64,000 nucleotides of DNA from contig JAIQFY010000011.1 of the NCBI GenBank assembly GCA_020072965.1, positions 14,925 to 78,924 on the forward strand, read 5' to 3'. The DNA comes from Terriglobia bacterium. GTDB lineage: Bacteria; Acidobacteriota; Terriglobia; JAIQFV01. Made by a program: the position numbers and the translations under genes. The notes under the pieces were generated by a model, which saw only the letters and a program-made list of their open reading frames with translations, was not told the origin of the DNA and ran no database searches. Positions 50,373 through 58,909 of this stretch are shown here, piece after piece (position 1 is the first letter of the stretch; each line of letters opens with the position of its first letter).

Positions 50373-51161
50373 ATGGACTCATCAAATAGAAGACGTTTTG
50401 TTAAGAACGTGGGTGGAATCGCGATCGGTGCAGTCGCTGGGTCCGGGGTTACCCGGCTCCTTTCTTCGGACGAAGCGCCACTTGCGATTCCGGCTTTGCC
50501 TTGGCCTTATGTGGATTTGGATCCGATTGCAGTAGCCGAGAGAGCGTACCTGGGTTATTCCAACGGTGGGTGCATGTACGGGGCATTCGAGGGAATTATC
50601 GGGGAGTTACGTACCAAGCTGGGAGCACCATTCGATACCTTTCCTACCACCATGATGAAATACGGTGGCGGGGGGGTCGCCGGTTGGGGCAGTCTCTGTG
50701 GAGCGTTGAATGGCGTCGCGGCAGCCATTTATCTTTTGAAGGATTCAAAAACCGGAAATGATCTGATCAGTGAAATCTTTAACTGGTACGGAGTAGAAAA
50801 GCTCCCAAATTACCGACCAAAAACCCCGAAGTTTGAAATTGCAACCACTATTTCGGAGTCCCAGTTGTGTCATGTGTCTGTCACCAAGTGGGCTAATCAC
50901 ACGGGTTTCAAAACGGGCTCTCCCGAGCGCGCTGAAAGATGTGCGTGGCTCACTGCTTCTGTCGCCAAGTACACCACAGAATTGCTGAACAAGCAGCTCG
51001 CCGGGACTTACCAGCGGGCGCACCAAACCCCCGCGAAGGTTACTCTGTGTTTGCAGTGCCATGGACCCAGCGGCACGGTAGCCAATGTCCATATTACCGG
51101 GGGTCAAAGTAACTGCACCTCGTGTCATCATCGACACTGGGCTGGAGGAGTCGAGTTCTGA
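50373..51161 (+). CDS. C_GCAxxG_C_C family redox protein with C-terminal diheme c domain (split-Soret cytochrome-like), Tat signal
   Basis: SNRRRFVKNVG twin-arginine leader. Cys pattern C...CGALNG...C...C. CLQCH and CTSCH at the C-terminus. RBS AGGAGG. Confidence 0.65.
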   Translation: MDSSNRRRFVKNVGGIAIGAVAGSGVTRLLSSDEAPLAIPALPWPYVDLDPIAVAERAYLGYSNGGCMYGAFEGIIGELRTKLGAPFDTFPTTMMKYGGGGVAGWGSLCGALNGVAAAIYLLKDSKTGNDLISEIFNWYGVEKLPNYRPKTPKFEIATTISESQLCHVSVTKWANHTGFKTGSPERAERCAWLTASVAKYTTELLNKQLAGTYQRAHQTPAKVTLCLQCHGPSGTVANVHITGGQSNCTSCHHRHWAGGVEF

Positions 51162-51287
51162 TTCTTCACATGGGTCAGGAAGGATTAAAGAAGGGCGAAG
51201 GATCCCGAACACACTCATAGCAGTAGGGCGGATCCCCTACCTTCTCCCCGATCCTGGCCCGAAACCTCCGGCTTGATCTTCAGGGAT

Positions 51288-51348
51288 GGGCCGCGTTCGA
51301 ATTTGATGGAAGTTACATTCTATCGATTCGATCCGGCCCCTTTTTTCT
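51288..51348 (+). terminator. Terminator-like hairpin GGGCCGC...CGGCCCC followed by TTTTTT
   Basis: Same GGGCCGC/GCGGCCC-Tn architecture as at 50239 and 51831. Confidence 0.45.
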
Positions 51349-51409
51349 CTTCGAATGGTTCTGAATATCGCGCCATGTCAATTGAGGGGTCGCCAACGTA
51401 GTGCCTCTG

Positions 51410-51786
51410 TTGAATCCGTCGATTGCCACATGGCTCCGTATGGACTGACCAACAACGGCCAGGGAACGGTGCGGAAGCGCTTCCATGATTTCAAGGTGGC
51501 CCAGAATCTTCCCTATTCGTGCGGGGTGGATGGGTCTGTGAATGGATTTGTTTGCCACGCGGGATTCAACACAGAATCGGCTCTCGCCTTCCTTCCCTAC
51601 ATGAAGGAGCAGCACAGCGACTGGTGACCGGTAAACTCAAGCACCGGCAAGAGGGCCGCGAGCACAGCCGTGGGTGCGCTGCAGACTCCAGAAGATTACA
51701 TGGCACTCTGGAAGCGAATCCAAGATCGAGGCGGACAACTCCCGCTTAAGCACAAGCAAGTTGACCGGAAAGCGATTCATCTCTAG
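51410..51786 (+). pseudogene. Degenerate 3' fragment of a paralog of the pentaheme cytochrome gene (in-frame TGG TGA stop, first heme Cys lost)
   Basis: SVDCHMAPYGLTNNGQGTVRKRFHDFKVAQNLPYSCGVDGSVNGFVCHAGF...KEQHSDW* aligns with 49835-50194 of the intact gene at about 80% nt identity. TGGTGG has become TGGTGA. Homology continues after the stop and through the terminator. Confidence 0.7.
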
Positions 51787-51830
51787 CAATCATACATAAT
51801 CTACGCACGACATTGGATTTAACCACTTTA

Positions 51831-51888
51831 GGGCCGCATCGGGATGGTAGGCAGGCAAACTGCCGACATCCCCTTGCGGCCCTTTTAC
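51831..51888 (+). terminator. Terminator-like hairpin GGGCCGC..(GGCAG-GCAAA-CTGCC)..GCGGCCC followed by TTTT
   Basis: Duplicated together with the gene fragment. Paralogous to the 50239 terminator. Confidence 0.45.
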
Positions 51889-51934
51889 ATTCAGTCTTAC
51901 CCTCAATCTGCAACGCGCCGCATGTAACAAATCC

Positions 51935-51946
51935 GTTGCATGCAAC
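51935..51946. promoter_or_regulatory. Perfect palindrome GTTGCATGCAAC (second copy)
   Basis: The 14-mer CCGTTGCATGCAAC is identical to the one at 33819-33832. Lies 118 bp upstream of a sigma54-like element. Confidence 0.4.
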
Positions 51947-52052
51947 CGATCATTAAAACTCTAAGAGTACCCAAAATGGGACGAATTGTCCTGATCTTAT
52001 ACAGTCAATGGGACTTAAATTCCAGGTGGACAAATGAATCTTTTCACATGAA

Positions 52053-52068
52053 TGGCAGGGGAAGTGCC
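52053..52068 (+). promoter_or_regulatory. Candidate sigma54 (-24/-12) promoter TGGCAGGGGAAGTGCC
   Basis: GG to GC spacing is 12 nt. About 175 bp upstream of resB. Confidence 0.35.
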
Positions 52069-52228
52069 CTATCCGATTATGGAGAAAGATGCTTAGAAAG
52101 GATTCATGAGGGTGCGACTTTGGTACAAATGGACAGTTCGCGGTTTAGGTGCATTGTCAGCCAGGTTTCTATTCCGAACATGACAGGGAAAAGGACATTC
52201 ACGCTTCACGCGCATTGATCTCTGGCAT

Positions 52229-53887
52229 TTGTCCCAGGGCATGATTGAATTCTCTATGAAATCAAACGGAAAGACACGGATGTCCAACGAAAGTTCGTGG
52301 ATTGAAGGAACAACAACTCAAGCTCCCCAGAAACTCAGTCCTACTGCCGAAAGAGGCGAGGAAAAAGCCGGGCCCGCAAATGGAGGATTTCTTGATGCTT
52401 CCATCCGTTTTCTGAGCACCGTTCGCCTGGGACTCTACCTGTTGATTATCCTCGTTGTCATCTCGTTTATTGGAACGATCATCCCCCAAAAACCGAACAC
52501 CTCTCCTGAAAACCTGCAAAGAATGTTTGCCCCCGCCAACCTCGTGCTGCTGGACCGGATTGGCATCCTCGATATTTTTCACGCCTGGTGGTTCAAGGCG
52601 TTACTGACGCTGCTCGGCCTGAACATCGTCTTCGCATCACTGGACCGCTTCTCACACGCATGGAGATACATCAGGCGCCCGGCGCGATGGCTCACCGAAA
52701 CGGTAATTCGAGCCCAGCACCAGCATGCCGAAATCCACTTCCAGACTTCCCTCGAGGAAACCGAGCGAGCGGTCAAAGGGCGGTTGAGGAAGTGCCTGGG
52801 GCATCCTGAGGAGACCGAAAGGGAGGGACGGAAGGTCATCTTTGCGCAACGGCATGTTTATTCGCGCCTGGCCGCCTATGCAATTCATCTCAGCCTCCTG
52901 GTCATCTTCGCCGGGGGATTGATCGGATTGGAATTGGGCTACAAGGCGCGGGTATCTTTGAGGGAAGGAGAATCCACTTCAAAGGTCATCCTTTTCGATA
53001 CCACGCGGAGTGTCGTGGAGGCCGCAGGGGAACCGAGGTTCCTTGAGAAGGAAATTCCCTTCACGCTTCAACTGGACAAGGCCGAAGTCGTTTTTAACAA
53101 CCCCAAAGACTCCAGCCTTCTCCACCGCGATGACATCCAGAGTCCCGGTGTGGTGAAGAACTGGTACTGCACGATGTCTGTTTGGGAAAATGGGGTCAAG
53201 CAAAGCACCCAGGTGGTGGCGGTGAACCAACCGCTTTCGCACCGGGGATTCCGGTTCTTTCAAAGTGGTTTTGATTTCGGGAACGGACTGAAGGAATTTA
53301 CATTTCAGGTTCGTTTGAAGGGGGCGGGCGGACAATCCTCTGAAGCCGTTTACAAGGTTCGAAAGGGGGACTCCTTCGAGATCAAAGACGCCCACCTGGT
53401 CGCCACGCCGGTGCGGTCGGGAATCATGCCGCAAGCCGATCTGCCCTTTGTATTTCTCAGCCTCCAAAGCAGCGATGGGAAGCCCCCTCTCCAGCTGCCG
53501 GTCTTCGACGAGCCCACGACCCAAAAAATGCGCCAGGGGGCGAACGATGCATCGCCGCTTCCTAAACCTCCTGATGGGATGGAGATTTTTCTGATCGACG
53601 CCACCCCGGAGTTCTCGACGACCCTTCAGGTCTCGCGTGATCCCGGAGTTAACACGGTGTGGGCGGGATGCATTCTCCTGATGTTGGGATTGATGGTGGC
53701 CTTTTACTTTTCGCATCAACGGGTGTGGGCCCTGTTGATTCCCGTTGAGGACGGCACGACGGTCGTCCTTGGCGGTGATTCCAGCAAGAACCGATCTGCT
53801 TTCGCAAGAAAATTTCAGCATCTTGTCGACTTGATGGGGCCACAGGAAGAAGCCTCCCCCGTGAGGCAGGATTTCAAGGAGAAGTAA
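52229..53887 (+). CDS. resB: Cytochrome c biogenesis protein ResB/CcsB (system II)
   Basis: N-terminal TM after FLDASIRFLSTVRLGLYLLIIL. Large periplasmic domain. C-terminal TM. Immediately followed by ccsA. Confidence 0.85.
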   Translation: MSQGMIEFSMKSNGKTRMSNESSWIEGTTTQAPQKLSPTAERGEEKAGPANGGFLDASIRFLSTVRLGLYLLIILVVISFIGTIIPQKPNTSPENLQRMFAPANLVLLDRIGILDIFHAWWFKALLTLLGLNIVFASLDRFSHAWRYIRRPARWLTETVIRAQHQHAEIHFQTSLEETERAVKGRLRKCLGHPEETEREGRKVIFAQRHVYSRLAAYAIHLSLLVIFAGGLIGLELGYKARVSLREGESTSKVILFDTTRSVVEAAGEPRFLEKEIPFTLQLDKAEVVFNNPKDSSLLHRDDIQSPGVVKNWYCTMSVWENGVKQSTQVVAVNQPLSHRGFRFFQSGFDFGNGLKEFTFQVRLKGAGGQSSEAVYKVRKGDSFEIKDAHLVATPVRSGIMPQADLPFVFLSLQSSDGKPPLQLPVFDEPTTQKMRQGANDASPLPKPPDGMEIFLIDATPEFSTTLQVSRDPGVNTVWAGCILLMLGLMVAFYFSHQRVWALLIPVEDGTTVVLGGDSSKNRSAFARKFQHLVDLMGPQEEASPVRQDFKEK

Positions 53888-53890
53888 ATC

Positions 53891-55375
53891 ATGAGTCGTG
53901 TTCATACCGGACCATTGACCGAAGGTGACGGGGCAGCACAGAAGAAGATACTTTGGCCGATGCTCTCCAGTGTTCTTGGGATGGTGCTGCTGGCGTTATT
54001 TGTGATCCCGAACATTCTCAAGAGCGGGGCCGGATTGATGAGTCCGGGAGCCCTGCTCAGTCTGGCCATCATTTTTTACGTCGGCTCCTCGGCCTTGCTG
54101 ATCAGCTATCTGCTGCGGCGCGTGGAGCGTCTCCTCCAGGTGGCCAAAGGGTTGATACTGGTGGGCTTCATCTTTCACACCGGTGCCATCGTCGCCCACT
54201 GGATGGTCGCAGGACGTCCGCCCATTTCAAACATCTTTGAAATGCTGATCAGTTTTGCCTGGGCCCTCATTGCCCTGGATTATGTTTTCCAGCGAATCTA
54301 TAAGCTCAAGATCCTCAGTTCGTTCAGTGTCCCCATCGCCACCCTGGCAGTATTGCTTTCGACTATCCTGCCTGCGGACCCGGAGCGAACACTGCCCCCG
54401 GCACTCCAAAGTGTGTGGCTATACATCCATGTCACCTTTGCGATTTTCAGTTATGTCGCCTGTGCCATTGCGTTTGTGGCTTCAATCCTCTACCTCGTCA
54501 AAGACCGCGTGAAGCTCGAGACTTTCGGAATGATCACACAGGCCCTCACGGTCACGACCATCGCGGGGATTGACTGGCTGGGAAATGCGGACACGGCCCA
54601 CCGGCACTTCAACATCCTGCTGCGGGGTGAGTTCTTCCTCAGCCTCCTCTACAAAGGACGTGAGATTGCCATTCCAGGGATGGAAAAGACTTACCTGGTC
54701 GCGGGACTGCCCTTTGCCGGCAACGCCTTGCGGGTCTCCCTTCTGGTAGCCGTCATCGGACTGGTCCTGTACCTGGCAAAAGCCTCTTCGAAAACTCTGC
54801 TCCGGGTGACCCAGTTGGGATTTCTCGCACAGCTGGCATCAGTGGCCGTCATTCTGGCCGCGACACTCAGTAACTCGACGCAGCAGATGATCGACAGGAT
54901 TCCCGGACAAGTTCTGGGCCAGTTTGACGCGGCGGCCCTGGCGAAGGCGGCCACGGTCAGCATCAAATCCATTCCATTCATCTTTGCGGGACTCCTCGTG
55001 GCGCTGGTCACCACACTGTTATTTCTTATCTTGCACTCCCGGCATGAGGCCATTGTATCTTCGCTCCCCGATGGCAAGCTGCTGGACGAGGTCAATTACA
55101 AGGTCGTCACCATCGCGTTTCCATTACTCACCTTGATGATTGCCACGGGAGCCTTCTGGGCCAATCGCACCTGGGGTTCTTACTGGAACTGGGACCCCAA
55201 GGAAGTGGGGGCTCTGATTACCTGGCTGGTTTATGCAGCCTACCTGCATATGCGCATCGTTCGCGGCTGGGCCGGCCGGCGAGCCGCCTATTTCGCTATC
55301 ATCGGTTTTGTGTTTGTCCTCTTTACGTTCATTGGGATTAGTTATCTGCTCCCGGGCCTCCATGCGTACGCTTGA
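53891..55375 (+). CDS. ccsA: Cytochrome c-type biogenesis protein CcsA/ResC (system II heme lyase), long form (494 aa)
   Basis: Multi-[28 protein letters not shown] is the Trp-rich WWD heme-handling motif. Confidence 0.85.
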   Translation: MSRVHTGPLTEGDGAAQKKILWPMLSSVLGMVLLALFVIPNILKSGAGLMSPGALLSLAIIFYVGSSALLISYLLRRVERLLQVAKGLILVGFIFHTGAIVAHWMVAGRPPISNIFEMLISFAWALIALDYVFQRIYKLKILSSFSVPIATLAVLLSTILPADPERTLPPALQSVWLYIHVTFAIFSYVACAIAFVASILYLVKDRVKLETFGMITQALTVTTIAGIDWLGNADTAHRHFNILLRGEFFLSLLYKGREIAIPGMEKTYLVAGLPFAGNALRVSLLVAVIGLVLYLAKASSKTLLRVTQLGFLAQLASVAVILAATLSNSTQQMIDRIPGQVLGQFDAAALAKAATVSIKSIPFIFAGLLVALVTTLLFLILHSRHEAIVSSLPDGKLLDEVNYKVVTIAFPLLTLMIATGAFWANRTWGSYWNWDPKEVGALITWLVYAAYLHMRIVRGWAGRRAAYFAIIGFVFVLFTFIGISYLLPGLHAYA

Positions 55376-55488
55376 TCGAGACATCGCACGGTGGAATTCA
55401 CCCCGGGCCTGAGAGCGCATCAAGCTTCATCCTCTTGCAGGATGAGGGTCGTCCGGTTCTTCAAATTACTCATCAAGGAGATGTCCGG

Positions 55489-55594
55489 CATGAAACTCAT
55501 GAAAATGCTGATCTTCATCTTCGCCACCGTAATGCTTTCAATCACCCTGCTGTATGACAAGGCGATACACAAAGAAAGAGGGGAAGCCTTCTAG
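55489..55594 (+). CDS. Possible small hydrophobic peptide (34 aa)
   Basis: MKLMKMLIFIFATVMLSITLLYDKAIHKERGEAF is a single predicted TM helix between ccsA and the CDF gene. Speculative. Confidence 0.2.
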
Positions 55595-55830
55595 CCACTG
55601 CCATCTGAAATACAACAAGACATTGAATGACGTGGGCACGTGTTATGCAAAGAATCACAATCTCTCCGACTGCAAGGCGCCGGAGGCAAAGTAGGCGAAG
55701 GGCATTGGACTGTCGGGCTGCATTGGAAGGCAAGGGCTTGAACGCGATTCGCGCTGGATGGAGCCCGGCGCAACGTGTTCGGGCGGAAATGTTTTTGGGG
55801 AAGGAAATGATCTCCCTGGAGTGAGACAGG

Positions 55831-56718
55831 ATGGACGGGACCAGAGAAAAAAAAGTCGTTGCTCTGACCTCTCTGGTGGCTGCCGTTTTGCTCACCCTGT
55901 TCAAAGCCATCGTGGGAGTGGCGACTGGAAGCCTCGGAATTTTGTCTGAAGCGGCGCACTCCGGACTCGATTCTGCCGCAGCGCTGATGACCTATTTCGC
56001 GGTTTCGATTTCAGCCAAACCTGCCGACGACTCCCACCACTATGGACATGGAAAATTCGAAAGTTTCTCAGCGCTCTTTGAAGTGGTCCTGCTGCTGCTC
56101 ACCTGCTGCTGGATTATCTACAGGGCCGCCTATCGCCTGGCCGGCCACCGCGTGGAGGTGGAAGTCAATGTCTGGAGTTTCGCGGTGATGGGCATTGCCA
56201 TCGTGGTGGACATCACTCGCTCGCAGGCCCTGATGCGGGTGGCCCGGCGTTACGGAAGTCAAGCCCTGGAAGCCGATGCGTTACATTTTCAAAGTGATAT
56301 CTACAGCTCGCTCGTCGTCATCTTCGGACTCATTTTCACCAAGGCGGGCTTCCCGGTCGGCGATCCATTGGCCGCCCTGGGTGTTTCTATCCTCGTCATG
56401 ATCGCCTCTGTCAGGTTGGCGATGCGATCCAGCCAGGTGTTGTTGGATCGTGCCCCCTCGGGGGTCGAGGATCATATTCGCAAGATTCTCACTTCGTTGC
56501 CCCGGGTCCTGGAAGTTCGAAAAATACGGGTGCGCGATGCGGGAACGCAGATGTTTGTCGACGTCACGATTGCGGTCGATGGCCATATGTCACTGGACGA
56601 ATCACACGCGGTGGCAGATGAATCAGAACGCCAGATCGCCGCGGTGATCTCCAATGTGGATGTGACGATCCACGTCGAGCCGGCGACTCAGGCCTTGTTT
56701 CTGAATGAACGACCTTGA
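55831..56718 (+). CDS. Cation diffusion facilitator (CDF) family metal efflux transporter
   Basis: GSLGILSEAAHSGLDSAA, HYGHGKFE and a C-terminal cytoplasmic domain. Length 295 aa. Confidence 0.85.
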   Translation: MDGTREKKVVALTSLVAAVLLTLFKAIVGVATGSLGILSEAAHSGLDSAAALMTYFAVSISAKPADDSHHYGHGKFESFSALFEVVLLLLTCCWIIYRAAYRLAGHRVEVEVNVWSFAVMGIAIVVDITRSQALMRVARRYGSQALEADALHFQSDIYSSLVVIFGLIFTKAGFPVGDPLAALGVSILVMIASVRLAMRSSQVLLDRAPSGVEDHIRKILTSLPRVLEVRKIRVRDAGTQMFVDVTIAVDGHMSLDESHAVADESERQIAAVISNVDVTIHVEPATQALFLNERP

Positions 56719-56815
56719 AATGGTATGGCTGAAGGAGGCTTTCACCCGGTGGCCACTCTTCCGGGTTTATCCCCGCTCAGGAAATCCGGCTACTCTTAGC
56801 CCATTGGATCTGACC

Positions 56816-58840
56816 ATGAAAATTCGTCCCTTACAATTACCGGGTCTGCGATCTGTCCGGTTCATCTTTCCTTTGTTTCTCTTTCTCTTAATGATCTCCT
56901 GTTCCGCGGCCTGGGGAGCAGTCAAGAGCTCTGAATGTCTGAGCTGCCACGCCATGGAGGGGTTCCAGTCTCCCGGTGGAATGAATCTGTATGTCGACCA
57001 AAAGCGATTTGAGAAGAGCGTCCACTCCTTCTTGAATTGCACGGATTGCCACTCTGACGTTTCAAAGACACCGCATGCTTCCCAATTGGCCAAAGTGAAC
57101 TGCGGTACCTGCCACGAGGAACAACAGAAAAAATTCGCGTTGTCGATTCATGCGGGAAAAGTGATTCACAATCCTTCCGACGGGGGAAACGGAAAGAAGG
57201 CGTTCACGTGCGCGGACTGCCATAGCCCTCATACGATTCTGCCGAAGAGCGATCCGGCCGCTGCCACCCATCACACCAACGTGCCCGCCCTTTGCGGCAC
57301 CTGCCATCAGAACCTGCAGTTTGTTATTGAATCGCCCATGGCAGAAACCTCCAAGCCTTTTTTCGCCTACCGGGAAAGCGTCCATGGAAAATCAGTGGCG
57401 GCGGGATCGGAGCGGGCCGCGGTCTGTTCCGACTGCCATAACGCTCACGACATCTTGCCGCCCAACAACCCGAAATCCACGATCTTCAAAACCAACACTC
57501 CCGAAACATGCAGAAGGTGCCACGAAAACATTTACGCCGAGTACAGCGATTCCGTGCATGGAAAAGCGGTGAAGCGGGGGCTTTTCAACGCCCCGGTCTG
57601 CGTGGACTGCCACGGAATCCATTCCATTAAGTCACACATTGATCCGAGGTCGAACGTGGCGGCCCAGGTCATTTCGCGATCCACATGTGGGCAGTGCCAT
57701 TCAGGAGAGAAACTCTCTGCCGAGTACGGCGTCCCCGAGAATCGAGTCTCCTCTTATTTTGCAAGCTATCACGGCCTGGAGAGCCGGGTGGGATCGGTTG
57801 AAACGGCCAATTGCGCCAGTTGTCACGGGGTGCATCACATCCTTCCGTCGGGCGACCCACGGTCCACGGTGAACAAAGCCAACCTCGCACAAACCTGCGG
57901 GCAGTGCCATCCCGGGGCCAGCGAAAATTTTGCCAAGGGTCGCATCCATCTGCTGAAAGGACAAGGGGATGCTATCGGCGGACGGATCATAACGGCTGTC
58001 ACCCAGTTTTACGTTTGGCTGATATTCCTGGTGGTGGGGGGAATGATTATTCACAACGCGATTGATTACTTCGCCCGGGCCCGCCTGCGATTGCGTGAGG
58101 ATTTGCTGCATGGGAAGGCCACCATCGAGCGAATTCACTTGAGCGGCCGTATCCAACACGGAATTATGTTGTCGAGCTTCATCCTGCTGGTCATAACCGG
58201 ATTTGCGCTGAAGTTTCCCGACGCTCAGTGGGTGCATGCCCTGTTCCTCGGAAATGCCGCTGTCCGCGGCGTGGTCCACCGCATCGCCGCTGTAATTTTC
58301 ATCGGCCTCGCCTTCTTCCATCTCTATTTCATCCTCTTCACGAAAAAGGGCCGGCAGGAATTGAAGGCCTGGCTTCCCCGGCTTCAGGATGTCCGGGACA
58401 TGCCCCTGATGATCAGCTATAACCTGGGACTTACAAATGAACACCCCCGATTCGATCGCTTCGGCTATGTGGAGAAGATGGAGTATTGGGCGCTGGTGTG
58501 GGGCACCCTCATCATGGTGGCCACCGGACTGGCGCTGTGGGCGAAAACCTTCGTCCTGTTTTACATCCCAAAATGGGGTCTGGATGTCTTTGAAGTGATT
58601 CACTACTACGAGGCCTGGCTTGCCACGCTTGCCATCATCGTTTGGCATCTCTATATGGTCCTGATGCGACCGGGTTCGTACTCGTCGAGCTGGATGTGGC
58701 TGACCGGAAAGATTACCCGCGAAGAAATGATTGAGGAGCATCCCCTGGAATGGGAACGGATGGAACGCGAATCAAGGTCAGCCGAGAATGCCGAAAAAGA
58801 GGAGGCACAAGAGATCCCTCAACCTGCCCGTTCGACATAA
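56816..58840 (+). CDS. CbcL-like fusion of an 11-heme c-type cytochrome and a dihaem cytochrome b (FdnI/HydC-like) membrane domain
   Basis: Signal/TM, then 11 CXXCH arranged in paired repeats. C-terminal 5-TM region with conserved His (HNAIDYF, HGIMLSS, HRIAAVIF, WHLYMVL). Confidence 0.75.
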   Translation: MKIRPLQLPGLRSVRFIFPLFLFLLMISCSAAWGAVKSSECLSCHAMEGFQSPGGMNLYVDQKRFEKSVHSFLNCTDCHSDVSKTPHASQLAKVNCGTCHEEQQKKFALSIHAGKVIHNPSDGGNGKKAFTCADCHSPHTILPKSDPAAATHHTNVPALCGTCHQNLQFVIESPMAETSKPFFAYRESVHGKSVAAGSERAAVCSDCHNAHDILPPNNPKSTIFKTNTPETCRRCHENIYAEYSDSVHGKAVKRGLFNAPVCVDCHGIHSIKSHIDPRSNVAAQVISRSTCGQCHSGEKLSAEYGVPENRVSSYFASYHGLESRVGSVETANCASCHGVHHILPSGDPRSTVNKANLAQTCGQCHPGASENFAKGRIHLLKGQGDAIGGRIITAVTQFYVWLIFLVVGGMIIHNAIDYFARARLRLREDLLHGKATIERIHLSGRIQHGIMLSSFILLVITGFALKFPDAQWVHALFLGNAAVRGVVHRIAAVIFIGLAFFHLYFILFTKKGRQELKAWLPRLQDVRDMPLMISYNLGLTNEHPRFDRFGYVEKMEYWALVWGTLIMVATGLALWAKTFVLFYIPKWGLDVFEVIHYYEAWLATLAIIVWHLYMVLMRPGSYSSSWMWLTGKITREEMIEEHPLEWERMERESRSAENAEKEEAQEIPQPARST

Positions 58841-58909
58841 CCCCGACGGATGGGGGCGGCGGGCCTCTGTGTTTTTTCGGCCCGGAGCTACGAGCCTTCA
58901 AGAAAAACT

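Noticed and set aside
50373-51161. Tat signal on a c-type cytochrome looked contradictory, since heme c is attached in the periplasm to Sec substrates.
   Set aside because: Not rejected as a gene. The contradiction dissolves if the N-terminal C_GCAxxG_C_C domain binds an Fe-S cluster needing cytoplasmic folding, as reported for split-Soret cytochrome. Kept as a finding.
49235-51161. Lower GC in the pentaheme/C_GCAxxG segment as evidence of horizontal transfer.
   Set aside because: Spot counts on 60-nt samples gave 53% and 63%, i.e. not consistently lower. Cannot be supported without a windowed computation.
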